A program made the position numbers and the translations under genes. From a virus, in the IMG/VR virus record IMGVR_UViG_3300025280_000023, positions 1 through 64,000 of that record: a DNA stretch of 64,000 bases. One strand, written 5' to 3'. Shown here one piece after another: positions 9,902 through 20,428 of this stretch (position 1 is its first letter; each line of letters begins with the position of its first letter). A model generated the notes under the pieces. The model had not been told where the DNA came from, searched no databases, and saw only the letters and a list, made by a program, of their open reading frames with translations.

Positions 9902-12900
9902 TACTTTCTACCTCTCGTAACCGATTCAGCTTCCCGCGCTGCCGCCTTCTTCTTTCTTGTCTTTTGTTCTTGTTTCATACCGCAAACTTCCGATTTTTGT
10001 TCTTGTTTCTCATCTATCTTCGCTTGAGATTTGGAATCGATTAATATGTTTTGTAGCGGTTTCATCTTGGTTGTTCGCGTATCTTCTCCAAATTTTAGGC
10101 TTATCTCAAGTTCCCCTAATTCAATCAAGGAGAAATAATCATAAGGCCAATTATAGGAATATTTAGATGTTAAGTCCTGTCCCACCTCTTGGCCAAATTC
10201 AGTTATGGACCGCTTATTCACTATTGCCCTTTGTTTCACCTTGAATATCATCCATCTAATCTCATCCGTAAATTCCATATCATCAAAAGTAGTTAAATCT
10301 ACAATTGTTTTTTCTTTAATCTCAAAGTTGTCATCCCTTCCAAGGTTAACATTTGTATTTTGCCATATGGCACATAGATCAACCTCTGACAACTCCGTAG
10401 AAAACTCAAATACGTGCATAACAACCGGTGAAAACTGGGGATTTCTTGCAAAGTCAAATCTTGGCGGGAATAAGAACTCCCCCAATGCTTCCCGTGTCTG
10501 CTCATATAGATGATGATCCTCGCATAAATTAAAAAATAAGATGTCCTGCGTTACCGGATCTATTCTCATCGGAACCGCAACAACCGCCTCTTTGATCTCA
10601 AAAGACTCTCTTACCTCGCCAATCCTCTTTCTTCTGTCTTCTCTTGGAATACCAATTGCATCCCATAGAGATTTGGAACCATCATTTGGTTCATCAAGAA
10701 TCATGAAGACCCCGTTGCTTGTATTCTTAGATGGGACTTCTCCGGCGGTTGTCCATATGCTTGTCTGATTCTTGTGTAACTCAAGTAAGTCTCCAGATGC
10801 TCCCGCCGCTTGCAGGTCTCTCAGTACATTGACAAAATTAATGGCGGGCGTCTGCCACTTCGGCCTAATTCTCCAAATTTTATCGCTTGTTTGTGCATCG
10901 TCTACAGTTGTTATTCTGTTATCGTCCGTAACCTGTGTGCCTGGATCAACTACAATCTCATCTATATTCAAAGACGCAGTGATGGCCATAAGATCTCTTT
11001 GAACATCTGCTAGGGCCGTGACTGTTCCTATCGCGTCCAAAGTTCTCCAATCCTTAAATGTTCTTGTGGAAGTACCCAATACATCATGCACAGTCGGCTT
11101 AGAAGATGACGGTATAAATGTTAATTCAACATGATTATTTTCAACGCTATATGCAGATGACTCATCTAATTTGCGAGCCGCTTCAACAAATGAAGGCACA
11201 AATGGATTAAATATCTCTCTTAGACCTCCTATATTTGTATAAAGAAAGTTTGGTCCATATCCCCCAACGTTACCACAACTCAAAAAATCATTAGACATTA
11301 AAGAAATTCTGCCTTTATAGGTTTCGTTCACTTCAAAAGAATTCCATTTTCTTTCCGCAGGGAATAAAATTTCAGCGCCGCCACCTTCAAGATTCATATA
11401 CTCAACTTCAGTTTCAAAATTATCTATCGCCTTAGTATACAGAATTGTTCTATGCTCAACTTTTGCTTGTGTAATTGAAGCAGTTGAATTCGTTAAGTAT
11501 TCCGGGCCCGCCGAATTATCATGCCATCCAGTGCTCCCAAGCGGAAACAAATATGGGATCGGATCTCTAAGAGCCTCAAACGGAAGTCTCCTTAGGCCCG
11601 TACCGCCGTTTAGCGTAGCAGAGTACTCTATAAGGTGCGTACCAAAAAGCGAGCCGCTAGTCGGCGCTAGCGCGGCGTTATACGCAACAACCGACGACGT
11701 TACTAAAGGATAGTCTACCGCGATTCCAGACTTAATAGAATTCAATAAGATACCCGGAGAAGTAAACGGCTGTATCATCGTTCTAGCTGTCCTCTGGGGA
11801 CCCGCTAAGGTCACAATATCTTTTATAGAAGAAGATAACATGGAAGACAATTGAAGCACTCTCTCGGCAGGATAAAATCCATCATACGGCTTAAATTTCT
11901 TTAGGGCCCTGAACGTTAGGCTTACTTGACTAGTAGGGCCGTAATCACTTGGTGCAAATTGCACCGGATCCGTTAATAAATAAGAACCAAGGAATTCCGG
12001 GCCCTTTGTGGTGCTTGCCAAATCACTAAACGCAATATTGAAGGAACCAGTTAAGGTAAACACTATTAAATCTTTTAATACAGAATTACCAATTCCTTGT
12101 GCTGGATCAATCTCCGGATTGTCCAAGATCTTGCTAAATGAGAACTCCGGAATCACCGACATGCCCTGGCCGGCTAGTTTGGTATTTCTCTCAAAATCCC
12201 TCTCGTTATTATGGTAAGGATTCCTCGATGGGTTATCCGCTATCTCAAGAGAGGGGAGCCTTAGAGGCATTGTAGTGTATATATCCCAATCCTTAATCGC
12301 ACCAATATTAGTCACATATTGAAGGCGGGTGGCGGCATATGCCGGAGAACCATCAAAAGTTAACAACTCTCCCCTTGTTCCACTCGCAAAGTTATACGTC
12401 AAGTTTCCCGTTTCTGCCGTCGCTGTCCCGATGGTCCAATCCGAATCGGCATCCAGCGGCCAAATACTCGACGCCGTAGCAATGCCACACGAGTTAACCT
12501 TAGTGGTAGTCGTCCTTGCGTCCCTGCTATCTTTCCAAAATGGTGAAATATATTTTTTTCTAGTCCTTGTTGTATTGCGAAGAGCGTTTACTTCTCTTGG
12601 CCAAACTCCTTCTTTATAAATTAAAGAATTAAAAGACTTAACGGGATTTATACCTTCCGGAACTTTTGTATCTGAATACAATTCAAACAACACATCGTGC
12701 ATAGTTCTCTTATCATAAATACCATCATCTAGTACTTGGTGTGGAGTTAAGTCTTTCTCGGCTGCATGTGTGTACCGATACGTCGCTGGACCTTTCTTTG
12801 TTTCAACACTATGCTGGACCGGCCTGTATTTGACGGTTACAACTGAGGACGACAAAAATAGATTTTTTCCATCATTAACCAATCTGTTCTCAGCGCCTAT

Positions 12901-15900
12901 GACAGAATTAACAGAATGAACGTTGTTTCTATTTTGCCACCTTGTTACTGGGTTCTGAGACGACCTGATTTGCTTCCAAATAGGCCATCCAAATGGCCCG
13001 TTTCTATTCAACAGCCTTGCGTTGAGTTGATCGCCAAGCACGCCAAATTTTGTGTTTACAAAGGCTTCAGAGCTATCAGTCCCTCCTAGGACGGATGCCG
13101 TTACATTAAATGTTTCGACCACTCTAGTATTCAGGCTAGTAAAGTCTACGGGTGCCTGGCCTGTCTTTAGTAATACATTCAAAAAATCAATTCCAGAATG
13201 ATTTGAATTAACCAAGGAACCCGTTTGATATCCAAGAGGTAGTAGAATTGCGGAGCCCGTAATCCATGTATACTGTGAATCGCTTCTTGGTATAGGATGA
13301 ATAACAAAGAAATTATCAAATACGCTAGATGTTGCGACTACTCCAAGGGAACTAGACTTAATAACCTTCAGTGGGTTCTGATAAATGCCGTGTATTGAGC
13401 CGGTGTCCAATGTAAACTTTTCAGTTTTCGCCGATAAGTTATTACGCAGAACCGTTCTAACAACCAAGTTTCTAAAGTTAAGAGAATTGTATACAGAATA
13501 TTCGCCCGCATACGTATCCAGGTAACCCTCGCTCATCGTATATTTATCCCCGGGGGAGGAGAACCTTTGGACAAAGACGCTGCGATTATAATTCCCGTCA
13601 TCCAGCGTTCTCTCGGTCAATCCAGTGGTTCCAAAGCTAGCAGACTGCCCGTTGTTTAAAAATGGCGTCTCGGCGAAAGAAGAGCTTACTACGGCTCTTC
13701 CATCCGAAGCAGCCAGATTATTTTCTCTTCGCCCACTAACGATTTGTGCAATCTCGTATGAGGCGCTATAATTTCCCACAGAGTCCGCCGTGGTCTTGAT
13801 ATTGCGAATGCTCAGTGGCCGTTTTATCTTTGGAAATCTCCAAAGTGTTACCGGAGTTGTACCAAACGTTCTTTCAAATGTGGTGCCGTTTGTAAATACG
13901 TATCCTTCGCGCCTATCGGTTGCAGCTACTTTATGGTGCCTATGAAAAAACCCACCGACCTTATCAGAAATATAAGGGCTTCCATTCAGAGATGATTCAT
14001 ATGGATTATTTAATTGTGACGCATAGCCGTCCTCATGAAGAGCTACAAGCTCCGTACCTACAGTTGATCCATCGTCGGCAACTATCTCGACATCAACGGT
14101 ATTATTGGTCTCATAATACGCCCCAGGCGCTATCTTTTGTGTCGTTAACGTCGTGACACCAGCGTTATCCGTAATCACAGTCTCGTACTCTATTCTCTGC
14201 TTTCTTTCCGGAAAGCTTGCCTCGTTATCAATCCTCTCCTGGGCGCTTGATGTCGCCGAGGGCGTGGCCACAATTGTATCTCCAAACCGCAGGCCCGTCC
14301 AGGCAAAGATGTTCTGATTTCGACGAGCATTTGTACCACCCTTCATATTGGTGACAAAAGCCATGTTCACCGTTGTTCGCCTGCCCAAGTCTACCCTTGC
14401 AGAATTTCTAATCGCTTGGCGCGTTGCATCAACCCCAACGTCACCAGACGTAATTTCAGGATCTGCCGCATCCTTTGTAATCCTTAGCGCCGTAATTCCA
14501 GCCTTGGACGTCCCATCCGGCGTGACATGAAAATTTCGAACGTCGGCAAAATTAGTTCCGCCTCTATCGTTTTCATTGGAATTTTCTCTATTATCATTAT
14601 TCGGCCCCTGGGCCGACGAGTTCCCCCCGCCTACAGGAGGCGGAAGTTTTGTAGTATTATTGAAATTGAGATTTGGATTGTCTCTAAGACCATGACCCGT
14701 CGGGGCAAATTGCCGTTCGCGAGAAGTTCCCGAGATCATATTCGTATACTTATGCTGATACTTGTTTCTCTCTAGAACATGGCTTTCAATTACCGTTCTA
14801 ATATCAGAAGAGTGTTCAGCAGAGACAGGGAACAGATCCTGGACCAAGTACGTTATAGACGAATCTAGCCACTTATAATAATTAACAAATTTATCAAAGT
14901 CCGGTTGCCTTTCTATCTTTCTAAAGTAAATCTCTCTTAGCTTTTTAAGTTCCTTATATTCGATTCTGTACTTATTGACAGGGTTTCCAATGTAGTTATT
15001 AAACTGTTGGATCGTTGAGAACATATGGAGCATTTCTTCCGAAATGAGCCCATACATGCTTGATTCAATAGAGAAGAACATATTTGTGGGCCGAGTTCTC
15101 TTGGTAAACGTATTTGGATTTGTCTCTTCAATATTGATTAGATCATAATCATGTAAATTTCCGGGAACATTTAAATCGAGCATTTGATAATACTTCGTTC
15201 TAAACAGAGAAGAGCCGGAGTCAAATCCAACGGCGCGGCCCGGATGATACTTATATACGGGCTCAGTCGCAATATTGTCTGGGTTTGTCTGCCCAGGCAA
15301 CGGAGAGCCGACCCTTTTTAACGACCCCGACGAAATATCAAGGACCTCATTATACTGGCCGAGCGGAGACGTAATAGTAGCCGTACTTCCAGTCAACGCA
15401 GTAGCTTCATCAGTTTCCTCAGGATATTCAAAATCCCAATTTAAAACAAGGGAATCCGTTCTTGGAAAAAACTCAGAATATGTTTGATTATCATTAAACA
15501 CAAAATTGCTATAATACGGAGTTTTAAGGCCGTAATTGAATGGATCCAATATGTGCCGCTTCACCTCATCGTTGTCAACATATGTTTTATAACACCTAAA
15601 ATTTCTAACCATTACATCAGAAGGCGCTAGAACCGTGCCCGTATGTCCTGTCCTTGTAGCCCCTATATACCCTCTTACAAGGCTCACACTTGATGTGACC
15701 GGCGGTGCGTGAAACACTGTCCCTGAGATCTCACGAACAATTTCTCCAGCGTCCATTTGAACTCCGTATAATTCAATATTATACGATCTATCTATGGTAA
15801 GTGGGGCACCCGTAACGGGATCCGACGTGGATATAGCCGTGGGCTCCGCGACAAGGGGGCCACCCACATCCGGTATTGAACCACCACCGCCAGGATTAAT

Positions 15901-18480
15901 CCCCGGCTTTTCCGCCGATCCACTTGCAAGATGTGAATTGGATATAGAGGAAGCCGCGTCAACAAGATGTCCCCAGTCATTTCTAGGGCTCCATCTAAGA
16001 GCAAAGTTCCAATGTGTGCCTTCATATAGATCAAATATTGAAGACGTAAATGGAGTCGTTGCCAGATCTCCCGTGCCTGTCCCTTCTTTGACAACAAACT
16101 TGGCCTTCTTTGATCTTATATCCGGGTTACCAAGATCATCCACCTTAACGGCATATAGGGTTATCCTCTGATCATATTGGCCCGTGTGAGTTGTGAGTGG
16201 GGACGGGGATGAGCCCACATTTGTAACGCCAAAAACTGATGCCGATACTTGCGATACCGATATAAAATTTGGATCAAAGAAATCTTTTCTATCTGGAAAA
16301 AAGACGCCTGCTTCCCAAGTATGTGAGTTGCCAAAATCAGCAGTACTAAAATTAATATAGGCCTGCGACATATTTGGGGTTTGCTCTCCTCCTAAAATAC
16401 TCGTAGATGAAGTCGCTTGAAAAATCGTTCCCGTTTGTGCCGTCGAAAAGTCAACAAACCTCTTTCTTTCCGTTGTTATCCTTTCATGATCTTTGAGTTC
16501 ATATACTCCGTTTTTATTATAAACATTTAACCTGAATACTTCGTCATCAATACCAAAACACCGAAGAACATTCCTTAGTGCCTTTTCGGTCCCCTTTGAT
16601 TTATATATCGATATGAGATTATTGTGTATATTCTTATAAATAACATTTTTAATATCATGCAGGCTCTTCTCAAAGAGTCGATCTTCATCTCTCCGAAAAA
16701 GGGCCTGAACAACATCGGAATCGATAAAGAAATCCGCAGAGTTCATGCCATATGATTGAAGAATAGAATTTAACATTCCCGCAGGGTACGAATTTTGTTT
16801 CTCGTAATCTACATGTTTGAGTTTAGACAAAAATTCCGACTGGTGGTACAACTTATCAAAATAGCTCGCTATAACTTGCGTGAGTTTAGTCAGTTCCCCA
16901 ACGGAACCAGAAGATGTTAAATCTTGTTCATCAAGTATCCATCCTGGTAAATTATTAAGCAGGTACGAGTTGTTTCTAGAATCATGAAGTGTTCCAGACA
17001 ACTCCTTTTCTTCAATATAATTTATAATATCTCTATGATTTCGATATAAAATCGGATCTTTAAATTCTGGCGTAGAAGACGCACTAGATTCATTAATGGC
17101 GGATCCTTCTGAGCGGTGGCTGCCCGTGTCAAGCCCTACCCATCTGCCGTTGGATACTCTCCCCGAATAATCCAACACAACAGAATCGAATGCAGGATTT
17201 CCTACAATGCCTTCATTAAATTTATAATATACTCCCAACTTCGTATTGGAAGTATCCGTGTTTGTTCCACCAAAAACATGTGTAAAGTAATTCTTGGCAA
17301 TATCTTTTGAGTTTCTATAAGTCTTCCAATACCTAAATTCATCAATAGAGCCGGAAAGTTTTCCCCAGCCGATGGCAGCATTGGAATTATTAGGCGGCGC
17401 AGCCCTAAGCGCGCCAATATGAGCAATATTGCCACCAGCAGGAGCAATATTAGGATTGCTCATCACCCTTTGGATTTTTGTTCCTGTCGCAACCGACTCA
17501 TGGTGCCTTCCATCGACATAAAAATCTATATCAATAGTGTCTATTGATCCTGTATCGTTCCTCAGCGCAATCGCATAATGGTGCCAATTATTATCGGCTA
17601 CCGATGCCGTTCCTATTGCCGCGATTGTATTCTCAGGATTACCAAAGAAAACATCATCATCAGATGAACCAGAGCCAATTATCGCCCTCTGGACGCCGCC
17701 TCCCGCTCCGCCGATTACACCAGACATAGCAGTTACCAAGAATGTTGGTGCGCCATGAGGATGGCCACCGCTACTAGTTAACTCAATCAAGAGTCTGCCA
17801 TGTGCATCGGGATCCGTCTCTCCGTTCCACAAATCAAATATGACTTCTTTCCCGGTTAGGGTGGGAATATATGAATCTTTCTTAAGCCAAAACTCAACAG
17901 TCGCGCCACCAAAATCCCCAGTTTTCCAACTGCCACTTAAGTCAAATTTTAGATTTTCTTCTTGAAATGTTCCTGTGTTGTATACGTTGTCAACGTTAGG
18001 ACCACTTCTAACAGCAATATATTCCTGATCACTAGGACTCCCATATCCTTCGGCCCAGTTTGGATCGGTGGGATCTGTTATTAAGGGTGTCGATAGTGTT
18101 CCCCAGCCACCAGCAGCATGGGGAGAAAAGATCGCATACCCTGTCGCCCTGGGGTACTCCTTTTCAAAAACATACTTGTCCAAATACGACGAACTGTTCG
18201 CCCACGCTGTTTTCTCAGCCGCAGACCCATCATACGGGTATGTGTTAATGATCCTATCGGTCGAATCCAAAAAATATCTTTTGGCAGACCCAAATCTAGC
18301 AAAATTAGATGCCGAAGCATAGTCTATATCCGGAATAAATTCCTTTCTTGATTCTAAAGAATGAAAAACAAAATCTTTGGACTCGACATCGCCTGAAAAA
18401 GTCTCCAGCGTAGATTTTTTTATAAATCCTGACTTATGTGACTCTTTTACATTTTTTTCGAATTTGTCTTTAAGAGACAC
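9901..18480 (-). CDS. Giant baseplate/tail protein with LamG (ConA-like) domains and a P2 gpI-like baseplate motif
   Basis: 2859 aa with a GTG start. LamG hallmarks TVEFWLK, WHHYAI, FYVDG and GSIDEFRYW. IYKSKGTEKALRNVLRCFG matches the KGT motif of gpI-type wedge proteins. It lies two genes downstream of the gp6-like wedge. Confidence 0.7.
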   Translation of the reverse strand: MSLKDKFEKNVKESHKSGFIKKSTLETFSGDVESKDFVFHSLESRKEFIPDIDYASASNFARFGSAKRYFLDSTDRIINTYPYDGSAAEKTAWANSSSYLDKYVFEKEYPRATGYAIFSPHAAGGWGTLSTPLITDPTDPNWAEGYGSPSDQEYIAVRSGPNVDNVYNTGTFQEENLKFDLSGSWKTGDFGGATVEFWLKKDSYIPTLTGKEVIFDLWNGETDPDAHGRLLIELTSSGGHPHGAPTFLVTAMSGVIGGAGGGVQRAIIGSGSSDDDVFFGNPENTIAAIGTASVADNNWHHYAIALRNDTGSIDTIDIDFYVDGRHHESVATGTKIQRVMSNPNIAPAGGNIAHIGALRAAPPNNSNAAIGWGKLSGSIDEFRYWKTYRNSKDIAKNYFTHVFGGTNTDTSNTKLGVYYKFNEGIVGNPAFDSVVLDYSGRVSNGRWVGLDTGSHRSEGSAINESSASSTPEFKDPILYRNHRDIINYIEEKELSGTLHDSRNNSYLLNNLPGWILDEQDLTSSGSVGELTKLTQVIASYFDKLYHQSEFLSKLKHVDYEKQNSYPAGMLNSILQSYGMNSADFFIDSDVVQALFRRDEDRLFEKSLHDIKNVIYKNIHNNLISIYKSKGTEKALRNVLRCFGIDDEVFRLNVYNKNGVYELKDHERITTERKRFVDFSTAQTGTIFQATSSTSILGGEQTPNMSQAYINFSTADFGNSHTWEAGVFFPDRKDFFDPNFISVSQVSASVFGVTNVGSSPSPLTTHTGQYDQRITLYAVKVDDLGNPDIRSKKAKFVVKEGTGTGDLATTPFTSSIFDLYEGTHWNFALRWSPRNDWGHLVDAASSISNSHLASGSAEKPGINPGGGGSIPDVGGPLVAEPTAISTSDPVTGAPLTIDRSYNIELYGVQMDAGEIVREISGTVFHAPPVTSSVSLVRGYIGATRTGHTGTVLAPSDVMVRNFRCYKTYVDNDEVKRHILDPFNYGLKTPYYSNFVFNDNQTYSEFFPRTDSLVLNWDFEYPEETDEATALTGSTATITSPLGQYNEVLDISSGSLKRVGSPLPGQTNPDNIATEPVYKYHPGRAVGFDSGSSLFRTKYYQMLDLNVPGNLHDYDLINIEETNPNTFTKRTRPTNMFFSIESSMYGLISEEMLHMFSTIQQFNNYIGNPVNKYRIEYKELKKLREIYFRKIERQPDFDKFVNYYKWLDSSITYLVQDLFPVSAEHSSDIRTVIESHVLERNKYQHKYTNMISGTSRERQFAPTGHGLRDNPNLNFNNTTKLPPPVGGGNSSAQGPNNDNRENSNENDRGGTNFADVRNFHVTPDGTSKAGITALRITKDAADPEITSGDVGVDATRQAIRNSARVDLGRRTTVNMAFVTNMKGGTNARRNQNIFAWTGLRFGDTIVATPSATSSAQERIDNEASFPERKQRIEYETVITDNAGVTTLTTQKIAPGAYYETNNTVDVEIVADDGSTVGTELVALHEDGYASQLNNPYESSLNGSPYISDKVGGFFHRHHKVAATDRREGYVFTNGTTFERTFGTTPVTLWRFPKIKRPLSIRNIKTTADSVGNYSASYEIAQIVSGRRENNLAASDGRAVVSSSFAETPFLNNGQSASFGTTGLTERTLDDGNYNRSVFVQRFSSPGDKYTMSEGYLDTYAGEYSVYNSLNFRNLVVRTVLRNNLSAKTEKFTLDTGSIHGIYQNPLKVIKSSSLGVVATSSVFDNFFVIHPIPRSDSQYTWITGSAILLPLGYQTGSLVNSNHSGIDFLNVLLKTGQAPVDFTSLNTRVVETFNVTASVLGGTDSSEAFVNTKFGVLGDQLNARLLNRNGPFGWPIWKQIRSSQNPVTRWQNRNNVHSVNSVIGAENRLVNDGKNLFLSSSVVTVKYRPVQHSVETKKGPATYRYTHAAEKDLTPHQVLDDGIYDKRTMHDVLFELYSDTKVPEGINPVKSFNSLIYKEGVWPREVNALRNTTRTRKKYISPFWKDSRDARTTTTKVNSCGIATASSIWPLDADSDWTIGTATAETGNLTYNFASGTRGELLTFDGSPAYAATRLQYVTNIGAIKDWDIYTTMPLRLPSLEIADNPSRNPYHNNERDFERNTKLAGQGMSVIPEFSFSKILDNPEIDPAQGIGNSVLKDLIVFTLTGSFNIAFSDLASTTKGPEFLGSYLLTDPVQFAPSDYGPTSQVSLTFRALKKFKPYDGFYPAERVLQLSSMLSSSIKDIVTLAGPQRTARTMIQPFTSPGILLNSIKSGIAVDYPLVTSSVVAYNAALAPTSGSLFGTHLIEYSATLNGGTGLRRLPFEALRDPIPYLFPLGSTGWHDNSAGPEYLTNSTASITQAKVEHRTILYTKAIDNFETEVEYMNLEGGGAEILFPAERKWNSFEVNETYKGRISLMSNDFLSCGNVGGYGPNFLYTNIGGLREIFNPFVPSFVEAARKLDESSAYSVENNHVELTFIPSSSKPTVHDVLGTSTRTFKDWRTLDAIGTVTALADVQRDLMAITASLNIDEIVVDPGTQVTDDNRITTVDDAQTSDKIWRIRPKWQTPAINFVNVLRDLQAAGASGDLLELHKNQTSIWTTAGEVPSKNTSNGVFMILDEPNDGSKSLWDAIGIPREDRRKRIGEVRESFEIKEAVVAVPMRIDPVTQDILFFNLCEDHHLYEQTREALGEFLFPPRFDFARNPQFSPVVMHVFEFSTELSEVDLCAIWQNTNVNLGRDDNFEIKEKTIVDLTTFDDMEFTDEIRWMIFKVKQRAIVNKRSITEFGQEVGQDLTSKYSYNWPYDYFSLIELGELEISLKFGEDTRTTKMKPLQNILIDSKSQAKIDEKQEQKSEVCGMKQEQKTRKKKAAAREAESVTRGRK

Positions 18481-18490
18481 TTAAAATCTC

Positions 18491-20428
18491 CTACTCTACA
18501 CGAAATTTAAATCTTTCCGGTTGCTCGTCCTGCTGTTCTCCTGAGCTGATCAGGAAAGATATACCATACGAGTAATTTTTCTCTAATAAAGACATATCAA
18601 AATCAAAGTAACTTCCAGAAATATCGTAAGATAGTTTGGTATAATCAAGAACCCTGGTTGATTGCGCCACAGTACTTCCTGTTCCGTATACGATTACAGG
18701 ATAATTGTCAGCAACTCTATAAATTTTGTAATACATTCTTTCAATAATTTCAGGGGTTTGCTTTGACGTTGCAACACTATACAGGTTAGGATTCCAGTCC
18801 TTCCTTCTGGAAAAAACCCTAAACCGAGGTTTTTCATTATCCTTGTACACCGGCTTAAGATTAGAAATTGTTGTGACGTACTCAGAAACAGCGTTAACCA
18901 CAGTTGTTTTTCTTTTATTTAAATCAATCGAGCCCGTAAAAAATTCCGTATACCCCGTTTGCGTTCTGTCCGCCCACCCAACGTTGGACCATATATCATA
19001 TACTTTCGAAAGGTTGCTCAGCACTCCAGTAATCGCAAAGGACGCCGTATAGATTCCGGTGGCATAATACCCACCCGTGATTACTTGTCCCGCAGCACTC
19101 CCGGTAACACCCCCGCCCTGGGGCAGTAGCAACGCAGAAGACACCGGAGCATTATTTCCTAAGTTGCCGGAAAATAAAGAAACATATATGGGCCCCGTGC
19201 CCGCATCAGGAATATCTTGCAGACGACCATCAATATAATTATATAAGTAAATTGTATTCAAGTTTCCTGATTGGTTCGCCAAAGAGCTACTGAAAAAACA
19301 ATTCCCCCTGCTATCCTGCGTGGAGTCGTCCCACCTAACTTCCAGTGTTGGTCTTCTGTGGAAATATTGGCTGCCTCTAGCGGAGAACATTTTATTAAAG
19401 TACGATACGCTACCGGTTTCCAAACTCGACGTAAACATGACCGCCAGACCATTGTTCTCCAAGCCATTGGTAGTGCGAAGCCAGGAATGGGCCAAGGTGG
19501 TTATGTTCACTTCTAAGTCTTCCGTACCTTTTTCAAAATATGCGGTATACTGATCATCAAAAGAAGTAAAATCGCCGCCGGAGGCGGTCCAAGGAGTATG
19601 ATTACTTCCACTCGTAAACGTCTCCGCCGCAAAGCTACCAGCACCAAGCCCTTCTAGGGTGCCAGCATTGATGCCCTTAAAGCTCTGTACTGTGTTCCTT
19701 GGTACCGCACCACCAACAGAGCTTGTAAACTGGATAAGGGACACATCAGTTGCGTGAACCGTAGATGCCCAATTCGCGTTCGCATTTACCGCTCCGGCCA
19801 CAGCAGTCGCTATTGTAGCGGCAGTCGCTCCGGAACTTATATCGACTTCAATTGACACTCCGGTCCCACCTACCGTTGGTTCGGCACTCAAGTTATCAAC
19901 ATCAATCCAGATTTTATACGAGATATTATTTGCATCGTTGAGAAGAAAATACTTGCCCCCAGTATCTCCGGCTGTGTCTGCCACACAATCCAACTGATAC
20001 GTGCCTGCTCTTTTGGTATCCGTGGCGTTTGCCCAATTGGCAGAATCCTTATCGGAATAATTGAACATATCGAGGCCATTGCCCTCTTCCCAATAAGTGG
20101 TAACTGGCTTAACAGATAAATGAAATTGTTTCGGGGTCTGTTGATCGTGCACTACATTATAGAGTCTTAAAAAATACTGTGGTCCGTTTGTAATTGTTCC
20201 CGACGGTATTGTTCCTCTAGTAATTAAATCAGATATATCTTGCATCGGAAACTCTAGCAAGATACGACTTAACTCGTTATCTCTAGGAGCGCCGCTTCCA
20301 GAGATAACAAACGTTTGTAGGCTATCGGCAGCACCCATGCTGGAACTAACGCCGTTTTTAAGCTTAAAGGAATCACGAGCATTCGTAATTGTTGTATCCT
20401 TTGTTGCTGTGAATCTTTTTACTGCCAT
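18491..20428 (-). CDS. Virion protein with a DNRLRE/CBM96-like beta-sandwich N-terminal region
   Basis: 645 aa. Motifs ATKDTTIT, SRILLEF, FLRLY, WEEGNG, WTASGGDF, NITTLAHSW, NNGLAV and PTLEVRW are typical of DNRLRE-like domains. S/T/G-rich. Confidence 0.5.
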   Translation of the reverse strand: MAVKRFTATKDTTITNARDSFKLKNGVSSSMGAADSLQTFVISGSGAPRDNELSRILLEFPMQDISDLITRGTIPSGTITNGPQYFLRLYNVVHDQQTPKQFHLSVKPVTTYWEEGNGLDMFNYSDKDSANWANATDTKRAGTYQLDCVADTAGDTGGKYFLLNDANNISYKIWIDVDNLSAEPTVGGTGVSIEVDISSGATAATIATAVAGAVNANANWASTVHATDVSLIQFTSSVGGAVPRNTVQSFKGINAGTLEGLGAGSFAAETFTSGSNHTPWTASGGDFTSFDDQYTAYFEKGTEDLEVNITTLAHSWLRTTNGLENNGLAVMFTSSLETGSVSYFNKMFSARGSQYFHRRPTLEVRWDDSTQDSRGNCFFSSSLANQSGNLNTIYLYNYIDGRLQDIPDAGTGPIYVSLFSGNLGNNAPVSSALLLPQGGGVTGSAAGQVITGGYYATGIYTASFAITGVLSNLSKVYDIWSNVGWADRTQTGYTEFFTGSIDLNKRKTTVVNAVSEYVTTISNLKPVYKDNEKPRFRVFSRRKDWNPNLYSVATSKQTPEIIERMYYKIYRVADNYPVIVYGTGSTVAQSTRVLDYTKLSYDISGSYFDFDMSLLEKNYSYGISFLISSGEQQDEQPERFKFRVE

